Shown here piece by piece: positions 1 to 7,652 of a stretch of DNA of 64,000 bases. A program made the translations under genes and the position numbers. The notes beneath the pieces are model-generated. The model searched no databases. It had not been told where the DNA came from and saw only the letters and a program-made list of their open reading frames with translations. Each line of letters starts with the position of its first letter. The stretch's first letter is position 1. The stretch is from Prevotella sp. (GTDB lineage: Bacteria > Bacteroidota > Bacteroidia > Bacteroidales > Dysgonomonadaceae). Where the stretch lies: positions 1-64,000 of the forward strand of contig JAITVV010000092.1 in assembly GCA_031285625.1 (NCBI GenBank), read 5' to 3'.

Positions 1-231
1 GGGGAATGGGGTAACTGGGGAGCCACCAAGGCAGGCAGGGTTATCGCTAACGGCGGCAGGCTGGTTATCCGGTCTAATGATTTGATACCTTGCTCCGAAG
101 CCACGAATATAGCCACGGCGCTGTCCAGCGTGTCTGTATATGTTCCCGACAACCTCGTGGCGGCATATAAGGCCGCGACTAACTGGAGCGCGATAGCAGG
201 AAATTTTAAACCTTTAACTCAATTAGGATAG
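1..231 (+). CDS. 3' end of a BspA-type (LRR_5) leucine-rich-repeat protein, probably a prophage tail/receptor-binding protein (partial)
   Basis: Frame +1 is open from base 1 to TAG at 229-231. It ends in VYVPDNLVAAYKAATNWSAIAGNFKPL, matching the YVP-x4-AYK-x-A-x-NW C-terminal cap of BspA-like LRR proteins. GC content is visibly higher than the rest of the window. Confidence 0.65.
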   Translation, partial: GEWGNWGATKAGRVIANGGRLVIRSNDLIPCSEATNIATALSSVSVYVPDNLVAAYKAATNWSAIAGNFKPLTQLG

Positions 232-232
232 T

Positions 233-484
233 ATGGAAGAAAAAGACATTAAACCTAAAGTGATTCATATAGATGATGAAGTACTTATTGAAACAGGAGA
301 ACCCGGCCTGCCTGCTCCCGAAGCAGGTAAGGCGTGGAAACGAAAATATGACGGGCTGGTGTTCTTCGGCGCGGTGTATCTGGGGAAACGATTTGTTTCG
401 TACACAGGGAAGCTGCTTAAAACGCCGGCGTATGAAACTCCGGAAGATTTCGAGTTGGTGGATGAACCGATAACAGAAACGTAA
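233..484 (+). CDS. Small hypothetical phage protein
   Basis: 83-aa ORF starting 1 nt after the LRR gene stop. The pattern A-x-x-GK-x3-R-x2-DG-x2-FG-x2-YLG...ETPEDFE resembles small proteins found behind tail-fibre genes in Bacteroidales prophages. Confidence 0.6.
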   Translation: MEEKDIKPKVIHIDDEVLIETGEPGLPAPEAGKAWKRKYDGLVFFGAVYLGKRFVSYTGKLLKTPAYETPEDFELVDEPITET

Positions 485-490
485 GAAATG

Positions 491-521
491 GCAGGATAGT
501 GAAAAACTATCCTGCTTTTTT
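491..521 (+). terminator. Intrinsic terminator between convergent phage gene and integrase
   Basis: GCAGGATAGT-gaaaa-ACTATCCTGC hairpin followed by TTTTTT. Confidence 0.8.
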
Positions 522-1698
522 ATAAAAGTCCATTATGCTTAGTAATAATTGGATTTGCTGATTTTCGTTCCACTCTTGTATATTTATTGGTCATCTCTAT
601 ACTGGAGTGACGTGCCTGATCCCTCACAGTCAATATGTCATAACGTTCCAACATATCTGTTATCCCTGTATCTTTCAAAGAATAAAATTGGTAACGTTCA
701 GGAAATTTCAAATCTTTGCGAACATGATATGACCAGAAGTCAGTAAATTGCTTCTCGTGTTTTCTATTCTCTCCCGGTTGAAAATTACCAGAGAACAAGT
801 AAAAGTCATTAGGATAGTTGAAGACTTTTAAGTCAATCATCAAATGTATTATTTTCTCCGGAAGAGTCACAATCTCACTTCCTCCGTTTTTTGATATATC
901 AGCAGGAATAAATAGTGTTTGTTTTTGCAGATTGAAATGTTTTAATTGTATATAACTCATTTCTTTACGTCTAACAAAACAGTAATGAAGAATGTAGCAA
1001 GCCAACAGATAATGCTTATTTTTATGCGACAAATAATCGCACAAACGTACAATATCCTTCTCTTCGATAACAGATCTCTTCTTCTTGACATGTTTAGTGC
1101 TTATTGCATTAATTCCGTTAGACGGCTTAACTTTCATGTACTGTTTATCAACAAGAAACTGACTGAAATTACTGGTAAAAAGCAAATAATTATTTCTGGT
1201 TATAACAGAACGCTTGAGATCTTCATATACATAATCAAGAAACTCAGTTATAAATTCCCGATCGAACTGATAAATATAAAATATGGGAATTTTACGCTTG
1301 GCATTCCATTTCTCAATATTTTGTAGCTGCGATTTATAAGACCGATGTGTATCCTCTCTAAGTACTCCATCATTCAGCAACTTCTGGATATATTTTCTGT
1401 AATGTTCACAGGTTTCGGCAAAGGTTTTATAGGCCTTTTCATTTTCCGCTTCAATCCATGGATTCCAACCTTTCTCTAATTTTACAATAAGGCGTCTTAT
1501 TAGTCCATCAGCATACTGTCTGCGTCCACCAATCTTTTTTATATGATTTAATTTGATTTTTTTTCTACGCATAGATTTACTTGCCGGATCGAAAGCATTG
1601 AAACCGACATACCATTCCTTACCTGTATAAAGTTTAGGGTAAGAGAAAGCTTTAATCTCTTCTATTGCGTTGTTTTCCGAATTTTGATGTAAGTCCAT
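520..1698 (-). CDS. Tyrosine recombinase / phage integrase (Bacteroidetes type)
   Basis: 392 aa. N-terminal arm-binding-like region (PKLYTGKEWYVGF), SAM-like core and catalytic motifs VRRKE, SKNG, FYSLKDTG, ARHSS and TNKY. Lies next to a tRNA 3' end. Confidence 0.92.
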   Translation of the reverse strand: MDLHQNSENNAIEEIKAFSYPKLYTGKEWYVGFNAFDPASKSMRRKKIKLNHIKKIGGRRQYADGLIRRLIVKLEKGWNPWIEAENEKAYKTFAETCEHYRKYIQKLLNDGVLREDTHRSYKSQLQNIEKWNAKRKIPIFYIYQFDREFITEFLDYVYEDLKRSVITRNNYLLFTSNFSQFLVDKQYMKVKPSNGINAISTKHVKKKRSVIEEKDIVRLCDYLSHKNKHYLLACYILHYCFVRRKEMSYIQLKHFNLQKQTLFIPADISKNGGSEIVTLPEKIIHLMIDLKVFNYPNDFYLFSGNFQPGENRKHEKQFTDFWSYHVRKDLKFPERYQFYSLKDTGITDMLERYDILTVRDQARHSSIEMTNKYTRVERKSANPIITKHNGLL

Positions 1699-1763
1699 TT
1701 TTTTTTACTCCTTTTGATTTTATTCTCAAAAAGCGTAAAAATGGTAAAGCGATTTTTTTTGTG

Positions 1764-1781
1764 TGTCCCGATTCTGTCCCG
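1764..1781. repeat. TGTCCCG direct repeat, candidate integrase arm-type binding sites
   Basis: TGTCCCG at 1764-1770 and 1775-1781 (11-bp period), between the tRNA end and the integrase start. Confidence 0.5.
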
Positions 1782-1794
1782 GCACTATCGCCTA

Positions 1795-1830
1795 AAATGG
1801 CGAAAGTCCTTTTTGGTAAAGGACTTTCGC
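1795..1830 (-). terminator. Terminator downstream of tRNA-Met
   Basis: Perfect 13-bp stem GCGAAAGTCCTTT/AAAGGACTTTCGC (1800-1830), followed on the minus strand by CATTTT. Confidence 0.75.
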
Positions 1831-1839
1831 TGATCTCAG

Positions 1840-1911
1840 TTGCGGAGACCGGATTCGAACCGATGACCTCCAGGTTATGAGCCTGGCGAGCTACCACTGC
1901 TCCACCCCGCG
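1840..1911 (-). tRNA. tRNA-Met(CAT), initiator type
   Basis: Minus strand reads CGCGGGGTGGAGCAGTGGTAGCTCGCCAGGCTCATAACCTGGAGGTCATCGGTTCGAATCCGGTCTCCGCAA. Cloverleaf with CAT anticodon, TTCGAAT T-loop and C1:A72 mismatch; CCA not encoded. Confidence 0.95.
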
Positions 1912-1923
1912 ATATTGTGAGTG

Positions 1924-1955
1924 CAAAAGTATGGAAATAATTATAACAAACCAAA
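1924..1955 (-). promoter_or_regulatory. Bacteroidetes sigma-A promoter for tRNA-Met
   Basis: -7 element TACTTTTG (1931-1924) with TTTG 20 nt upstream (1955-1952). Confidence 0.7.
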
Positions 1956-2036
1956 TAAAACAACGGAAATAAAATAAATATCTTCTATACTCGCATACTA
2001 TTTATTGACTATAAGTATCTTAGACTTGAATATTTT

Positions 2037-3539
2037 TTACCAAGTGTAAGTCAAACCAAAACGAAGCATTTCGTTATAATTGAAAAATTTGAATTTAGGA
2101 TCCCTATTTTCAGGTAAAAGGGAATCGTCATATTTAATATATAGATATACTGTGGTAGATAAATATCTGTTTAATGCGAAATTCATTGAATTTTCGCACT
2201 CAATATATACCTTCTCATAATTAGTAAAATATTTGATACGTGACGTGAAGTTAGTATACCTGTTTCGGCTATACGATAAATTTACATTAAAGGTAGAACC
2301 ATATTCGGTTATAGCTTTATGCCCTTCTTTTATGCCAAATTGATTTCTATCCACTCTCTGATATCCTACATACTTATAATTAAGGGACAGTACAGATAAA
2401 TCGGCAGCCACATTGAATTTTCGATATTTATCAACCTTTGATATATTTTCGGTATTATAACGCATACCGACCCCAAGATTCAATTCGAAAGGTGAAAGAA
2501 TAGCTCTTTGTACAACGTCCGGTTCATCAACCTTTTTCTTTGTAAAAAGAGGGGTTCTCATCTCCAGATTGGTAGAATATGACCATTTCTTGAAGGCTTC
2601 TATACTGAATGTACTATAAGTTCTGAAATAATCATCAATAATATTTATTTTGCTCATTTCCTTATCCTCCTCCTTGCGGGAGCCTGTCATCTGCTGAAGG
2701 TTCAAACGCCATTCAAACAAGTTGTTAAAGGATATTTTTTTCTTTTTATAGTTCGCATTAACTAAGTGATTGCTATAGAGATTAAAATTATTATCACTAC
2801 CCCATTTTTCAGAAAAACTATTTTGCGACACTTGCAATTCATGCTTGCCATTAATGATCCAATATACAGGCTTAATCTGTATCTTCTCTACCTCAGGCAT
2901 ACTAATACCTATCGGATCATCTGTGGTCAATAGTTCTTTGAATATATTTCTTTTCTCCACAAAGTTTTCTGTAGGTGTAGGCGCATCCTTAAAGTCAAAT
3001 ACATTTAACTTTATCTTTAAAGGATTATTCATATAATATACTCTTCTAGACTCATCGATCTGTCCGGTACGGGCAAGCTGAGGGGCAAATGTACTGTCTG
3101 CCGGAATTAAATGGAAATCCGGAGCAATATCATTACTCTTGCTTTTAGATAAGAAATTTATATCGGAAGGCAATATTTTACCATCAAATATCACAGGAAG
3201 AAAAACAGGATCGATAATAACAGTATCCCTAAAGCTAGTTCGTTCATCGAATGGAGCCCAATTATTTTGTAATACGATCAATCCTTTTTTATTGCGTTGC
3301 AATTGCAAATTAGCATCATTAAGCTTATTTGCAAAAGCTGTATCTATCCTAACCGGAGCAGAGAAACCCGTAGTATTATTCCTATCTGATATTTTCTTCA
3401 ATTGCCTGTCAATATTTGTAATATTGTTCAATATACTATCCTTTCTTTGTCTTGCATAGCCGATGTTTTGGGCATTCAAGGATGCAAATACAAACAAAAA
3501 TAGAATAAGGACAAGGAAGAACTTATTTAGTCTCATCAC
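2037..3539 (-). CDS. DUF3078-type outer-membrane beta-barrel protein
   Basis: Signal peptide, C-terminal amphipathic strands, NYNEMLRFGLTYTW terminus, SQNSFSEKW and DDYFR motifs typical of DUF3078. TAAATTTG promoter at 3602-3595. Confidence 0.75.
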   Translation of the reverse strand: MMRLNKFFLVLILFLFVFASLNAQNIGYARQRKDSILNNITNIDRQLKKISDRNNTTGFSAPVRIDTAFANKLNDANLQLQRNKKGLIVLQNNWAPFDERTSFRDTVIIDPVFLPVIFDGKILPSDINFLSKSKSNDIAPDFHLIPADSTFAPQLARTGQIDESRRVYYMNNPLKIKLNVFDFKDAPTPTENFVEKRNIFKELLTTDDPIGISMPEVEKIQIKPVYWIINGKHELQVSQNSFSEKWGSDNNFNLYSNHLVNANYKKKKISFNNLFEWRLNLQQMTGSRKEEDKEMSKINIIDDYFRTYSTFSIEAFKKWSYSTNLEMRTPLFTKKKVDEPDVVQRAILSPFELNLGVGMRYNTENISKVDKYRKFNVAADLSVLSLNYKYVGYQRVDRNQFGIKEGHKAITEYGSTFNVNLSYSRNRYTNFTSRIKYFTNYEKVYIECENSMNFALNRYLSTTVYLYIKYDDSLLPENRDPKFKFFNYNEMLRFGLTYTW

Positions 3540-3747
3540 ACTTATCTTTTTCAGAAAAAGTTCCCTTTTTATCGTTTATTTTTATATTAAACTGCAAATT
3601 TAGCAATTTATTCTTAGATTTTATTTCTATTTAATAAAGGATATAATAAAAAATCTATTTATATCAAATTATTAGTTAATTAGTTAACGATTATAAACAA
3701 AGGGTTCAGAGCAATCCAAACCCTTCTTCTAAACACTAAACTTATTA

Positions 3748-4260
3748 TTACCACATCAAAACTATATGAAATATTTTCGCCTTATCAGGACGTAATTGAG
3801 TATTGAAGTCCGAATATGTAAGGTAGAATCCCACACCTCCGGGATAAAAATCAAAATCGGCTGTCTCTGTCCACAGAAATTCTCCTTTATCATCTTCTCC
3901 ACCCATATGCAGCACATATGGTAATCCGTTCTTCACCCCGCTAACGTTTTCGATATATCCGATGACTGCACCTTCTTTATATATAAACTCGCTCAGATTA
4001 CTCAACGGCTTATCTACAAAGAAGTAAGAATTTAAATCTCCAGCTTTCCCTACTAGCTCCCACTCATTAGGTTGTATAGTAAACGATGTCACATACCAGT
4101 TGGTACCATTTTCGCCATCTTTACCATCCAGACCGTTTTGTCCATCTTGGCCATTCATCCCATTTTGCCCATCATGCCCGGAAGGGCCCATTGGTCCGGT
4201 TGGACCTTCACATGCTATGAATGTCACAGCAACTAAAACTAATAGTAATAACTTTTTCAT
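3748..4260 (-). CDS. Collagen-like lipoprotein
   Basis: Lipobox FIAC, then 12 consecutive Gly-X-Y triplets (GPTGPMGPS...GENGTN) and a globular C-terminal domain. Confidence 0.85.
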   Translation of the reverse strand: MKKLLLLVLVAVTFIACEGPTGPMGPSGHDGQNGMNGQDGQNGLDGKDGENGTNWYVTSFTIQPNEWELVGKAGDLNSYFFVDKPLSNLSEFIYKEGAVIGYIENVSGVKNGLPYVLHMGGEDDKGEFLWTETADFDFYPGGVGFYLTYSDFNTQLRPDKAKIFHIVLMW

Positions 4261-4292
4261 AATTATATAATTTAATAATTCAGTTTTATATT

Positions 4293-5567
4293 TTAACGTC
4301 GGCCTCCTTGCCTTGTACTTTCTGCTTCACGTCTACTACGCTCCTGCTGTTCTTGTTGCTCCCTTTGTCTGCGACTTTCAGCTTCTCGACGTTCTCGTTC
4401 CTGTCTCTCTTGAGTTTCACGCTGCCTACGGCTTTCTGCTTCACGTCGTTCCTGTTCCTGTCGTTCCTGTTGCTCTCTTTGTCTGCGACTTTCAGCCTCC
4501 CTACGTTCTTGTTCTTGCCTTTCCTGAGCTTCACGTTGTCTACGGTTCTCAGCCTCGCGTCTTTCCTGATCTTGTCGTTCCTGTTGTTCTCTTTGTCTGC
4601 GACTTTCAGTCTCCCTGCGTTCTTGTTCTTGCCTTTCCTGAACCTCACGTTGTCTACGGTTTTCAGCCTCGCGTTTTTCCTGATCTTGTCGTTCCTGCTC
4701 TTCTCTTTGCCTACGGCTTTCTGCATCACGTCGCTCCTGTTCTTGCCTTTCCTGTTGCTCTTTCAGTCTGTGGTTTTCAGTTTCCTGTATTTCGCGTTGT
4801 CTACGACTCTCAACATCACGCTGCTCTTGCGCTTCACGCTGTCTACGGCTTTCTGCCTCGCGCCGTTCGCGTTCATTAGCCAGTTCCGGTTGTTTTTCAG
4901 TCTGCCGGCGAGTATCCGTTACCCGACGCTCCCTATCACCAGACTCAGGCAATGGTCTTAATGATGGTTCAGGCCTCATAGATGTCCCAGGTTGTGGTCT
5001 CTGAGGTGGCCTTGTACCTTCGGGAGACTCCGGTCTCCCGGGATTTGGTCGTGGCTTAGACGGTCTTGGCCTATTTGGTTTATGTCCCCATACAGGAGGA
5101 ATTATATTATAGTCCGGATATGAATCCGGATATGAATAAAAATCAGAATAAAAAAAATCAGAAAAATAATTATCTGTATAAAGCGGATAATCATTATAGT
5201 AATTGTTCTCTATCGGATAGTCATCATAATATTCAGTATAATAATAACTATTATCATTATAATAAGACATTTCGTTCAAAGAACTATATTCATGTGGATA
5301 ATCATATTCAGGGGAATATAAATGACTACCGTTGCCTATTGAGTCATGCTTATACTCATTAATGATGCCAGCCGAATGGCTATTTAATTTTTTACTACTT
5401 AAATGCTTTTTTAAATAAATTGTATCATCCGATTTCAACAGCTTACTTGTTGTATCTGTTTGAACTTGTCTTACCAGACTATCTGCCGTGGTGCTAATCT
5501 CTTTTTTGCAACCAAATTGTACCAAAAGGGGAACAATAATAGTGGATAAAATTATAATTCGTTTCAT
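4293..5567 (-). CDS. Low-complexity lipoprotein with Tyr/Asp-rich, Pro-rich and E/R/Q repeat regions
   Basis: Signal peptide with QFGC lipobox and the longest ORF over the region; C-terminal 19-aa repeats. Confidence 0.75.
   Translation of the reverse strand: MKRIIILSTIIVPLLVQFGCKKEISTTADSLVRQVQTDTTSKLLKSDDTIYLKKHLSSKKLNSHSAGIINEYKHDSIGNGSHLYSPEYDYPHEYSSLNEMSYYNDNSYYYTEYYDDYPIENNYYNDYPLYTDNYFSDFFYSDFYSYPDSYPDYNIIPPVWGHKPNRPRPSKPRPNPGRPESPEGTRPPQRPQPGTSMRPEPSLRPLPESGDRERRVTDTRRQTEKQPELANERERREAESRRQREAQEQRDVESRRQREIQETENHRLKEQQERQEQERRDAESRRQREEQERQDQEKREAENRRQREVQERQEQERRETESRRQREQQERQDQERREAENRRQREAQERQEQERREAESRRQREQQERQEQERREAESRRQRETQERQERERREAESRRQREQQEQQERSRREAESTRQGGRR
4300..4765 (-). 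repeat. Coding tandem repeat, 57-bp unit with a 114-bp higher-order period
   Basis: CTTTGTCTGCGACTTTCAG recurs at 4363, 4477 and 4591 (114-bp period). Protein unit AESRRQRExQERQEQERRE is 19 aa, about 7-8 copies. Confidence 0.9.
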
Positions 5568-5956
5568 GATAGTAGATATTAGTTTATATTAAGACAAGTA
5601 TGTCGTCTTTTTCTTTTAGTCTGTATCTCTCATTCCATAGTGTATAAACATTGATTTATAATTTTTAGACTTAAAACCGTAAAATTGGTTTAACTAATCA
5701 AAAATTATTTGTCATATTTATTTCATATTTGTTCAATAAATTTCAATTTAGTATTATCTACTACAACTTCCATTTATTATCAATAAAATAAATATGGAAG
5801 CTATAAAGATTAACTTTGCTCCCATTCTATCGATAAAATAGATAATTTCTACAACAACCTCACCTCTTAGCATCACAACTTCTACTTTTTGCCAAACAAA
5901 TGTTATTTGAAGTGTAAAAAATGTTAAACAACATATTTTTGTCGGAAACAATTCAT

Positions 5957-5985
5957 ACTTATTATATGTACACTTATTATATTTG
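5957..5985 (+). promoter_or_regulatory. Promoter -7 element with overlapping direct repeat (candidate MarR operator)
   Basis: ACTTATTATAT at 5957-5967 and 5972-5982; TATATTTG at 5978-5985. Confidence 0.6.
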
Positions 5986-6025
5986 CAGCCAAATTAAAAT
6001 AAAATAGAAATTAAAGTAATTTTAA

Positions 6026-6493
6026 ATGGATGGAAATTGTAGCAAGTTAGGAAACCCAAACGAAGATGTTGGGTATTTGATCTGGAGAGTTTCCAAGTAT
6101 TGGCAAAGAGGAAAGCATAAATTATTAGATGAATTTGGTCTTACAGGCTCACAACTAGAACTACTGGGAGCTATTTATCAAATGTCGAAACGTGAGATAG
6201 AAGCCACTCAGATAATTTTATCTCAGGAGACTGATATTGACCCTATGACAACCTCAACAATACTGAGAAATCTACAGAAAAAAGGATTGATCAGCCGGCG
6301 TGAGAGCACAACGGATACCAGAGCCCGCATTGTAGAGGTTACAGAAGCAGGAACTGAACTTTTTGAAAAAGCAATTATAAAAGTCAAAGAAGGTCAGAAC
6401 ATGTTATTTGAGAATATTGATAAAGAATCATTAAAAATTCAGTTGCAGGTTCTTTTAAAAGAAATGGACAGGTTAAATAAAATAAACAATTAA
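6026..6493 (+). CDS. MarR family transcriptional regulator
   Basis: wHTH pattern (LSQETDIDPMTTSTILRNLQKKGLISR...DTRAR) and position at the head of an efflux operon. Confidence 0.92.
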   Translation: MDGNCSKLGNPNEDVGYLIWRVSKYWQRGKHKLLDEFGLTGSQLELLGAIYQMSKREIEATQIILSQETDIDPMTTSTILRNLQKKGLISRRESTTDTRARIVEVTEAGTELFEKAIIKVKEGQNMLFENIDKESLKIQLQVLLKEMDRLNKINN

Positions 6494-6505
6494 TAAATAT
6501 TAGGT

Positions 6506-7618
6506 ATGAAAGTTAAGAAGATTGTTTTTGGAGCAACAGCACTTTTGGTTATGTCATCTTGCGGTGGTGGCTCTACCCCAACAGGGCAAGAAACAGAACG
6601 ACAAGAATACAAAACGACAGTATTAAGCGAGGAAAGCGTAGAGTTAGAAACTGTTTATCCTGTAACAATTAAAGGACAGGAAGATATTGAAATAAGACCT
6701 CGCATAGATGGATTTATAGATGCTATACATGTAGATGAAGGATCTGTAGTAAGAAAAGGACAGCCTTTGTTTAAAATCAACTCTCCGGCATCAGTTCAGG
6801 CTTTGGCAACAGCGCAGGCTGCAGAAGCCAGTGCACAGGCCCAAGTACAAACTGCAGAGCTAAATGTGGAAAGGTTTAAACCATTGGCAGCGCAAGGTAT
6901 TGTCAGCCAGGTACAACTAGACACATACCAGAATGCGTTACGTTCATCACAGGCAACACTAAACCAAGCTAAAGCTCAAGTGGCAAACGCTCAGGCTCAA
7001 ATTGGCTGGACAAATGTATTAAGCCCCGTAGACGGAGTGGTTGGAACAATCAATTATCGTCAAGGTAGTTTGGTAAATAACGGTAATGTATTAACTACAG
7101 TATCAAGTACAGGAAATGTTTTTGCTTATTTCTCTCTTAATGAGAAAGAACTTGTTACTTTACTGGCTGATCTACCTGGTAAGACTCAAGCTGAAAAAAT
7201 AAATAATCTGCCTGATGTTACATTAAAAATGGCTGATGGAACGATTTATCCGGAGAAAGGTAAGATAAAAACCATATCAGGGCAGGTAAATGTATCTACC
7301 GGTACTGCAAACTTCAGAGCTGAATTTACAAATCCGCATGGTATTTTACGAAGTGGCTTCAGTGGGAATATATCTATCCCTAAACATATGGATAAAGCCA
7401 TTGTAATCCCTCAGGCAGCCACATTTACTAAACAGAATAAATATCTGACTTATAAAGTAGTAAATGATTCTATAGCTGTACAAACACTTATTGATGTTAC
7501 AGCTACACCTGATGGTAAAAGTTATGTAGTAACAAGTGGTCTTTCAGCAAATGACCGGATTGTAACAGATGGTATTGCCACACTAACAGACAGTACTAAG
7601 ATTATAGTAAAAAAGTAA
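6506..7618 (+). CDS. RND efflux periplasmic adaptor (AcrA/MFP family) lipoprotein
   Basis: Lipobox MSSC, EIRPRIDG...VDEGSVVRKGQPLF, SPVDGVVG motifs. Confidence 0.95.
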   Translation: MKVKKIVFGATALLVMSSCGGGSTPTGQETERQEYKTTVLSEESVELETVYPVTIKGQEDIEIRPRIDGFIDAIHVDEGSVVRKGQPLFKINSPASVQALATAQAAEASAQAQVQTAELNVERFKPLAAQGIVSQVQLDTYQNALRSSQATLNQAKAQVANAQAQIGWTNVLSPVDGVVGTINYRQGSLVNNGNVLTTVSSTGNVFAYFSLNEKELVTLLADLPGKTQAEKINNLPDVTLKMADGTIYPEKGKIKTISGQVNVSTGTANFRAEFTNPHGILRSGFSGNISIPKHMDKAIVIPQAATFTKQNKYLTYKVVNDSIAVQTLIDVTATPDGKSYVVTSGLSANDRIVTDGIATLTDSTKIIVKK

Positions 7619-7652
7619 GATAATTTATCTAATAAATTAAAATAAAGAAATA

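Larger units (their letters stand above)
1..1850. mobile_element. End of an integrated prophage/integrative element inserted at tRNA-Met (other end outside the window)
   Basis: Integrase directly downstream of the tRNA 3' end, phage-like genes beyond it, and a GC shift in bases 1-480. The matching att repeat is not visible, so the boundary is approximate. Confidence 0.7.

Noticed and set aside
1-484. Diversity-generating retroelement
   Set aside because: No reverse transcriptase or template/variable repeat pair within the window; kept only as a check for the upstream window.
1652-1963. ORFs 1652..1963(-) and 1665..1880(+)
   Set aside because: They overlap the tRNA and its terminator; the translation is tRNA sequence read as codons.
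4300-4765. Possible CRISPR array
   Set aside because: Contiguous in-frame repeats with no unique spacers and no cas genes.
4286-4961. Long alternative ORFs 4286..4729(-), 4308..4961(+), 4313..4879(+)
   Set aside because: Shadow frames of the stop-free 57-bp coding repeat; the 4293..5567 frame has a signal peptide and lipobox.
5754-5951. 65-aa ORF ending in a signal-peptide-like MGAKLIFIASIFILLIINGSC
   Set aside because: Stops two residues after the Cys with no continuation; cannot be distinguished from AT-rich noise.
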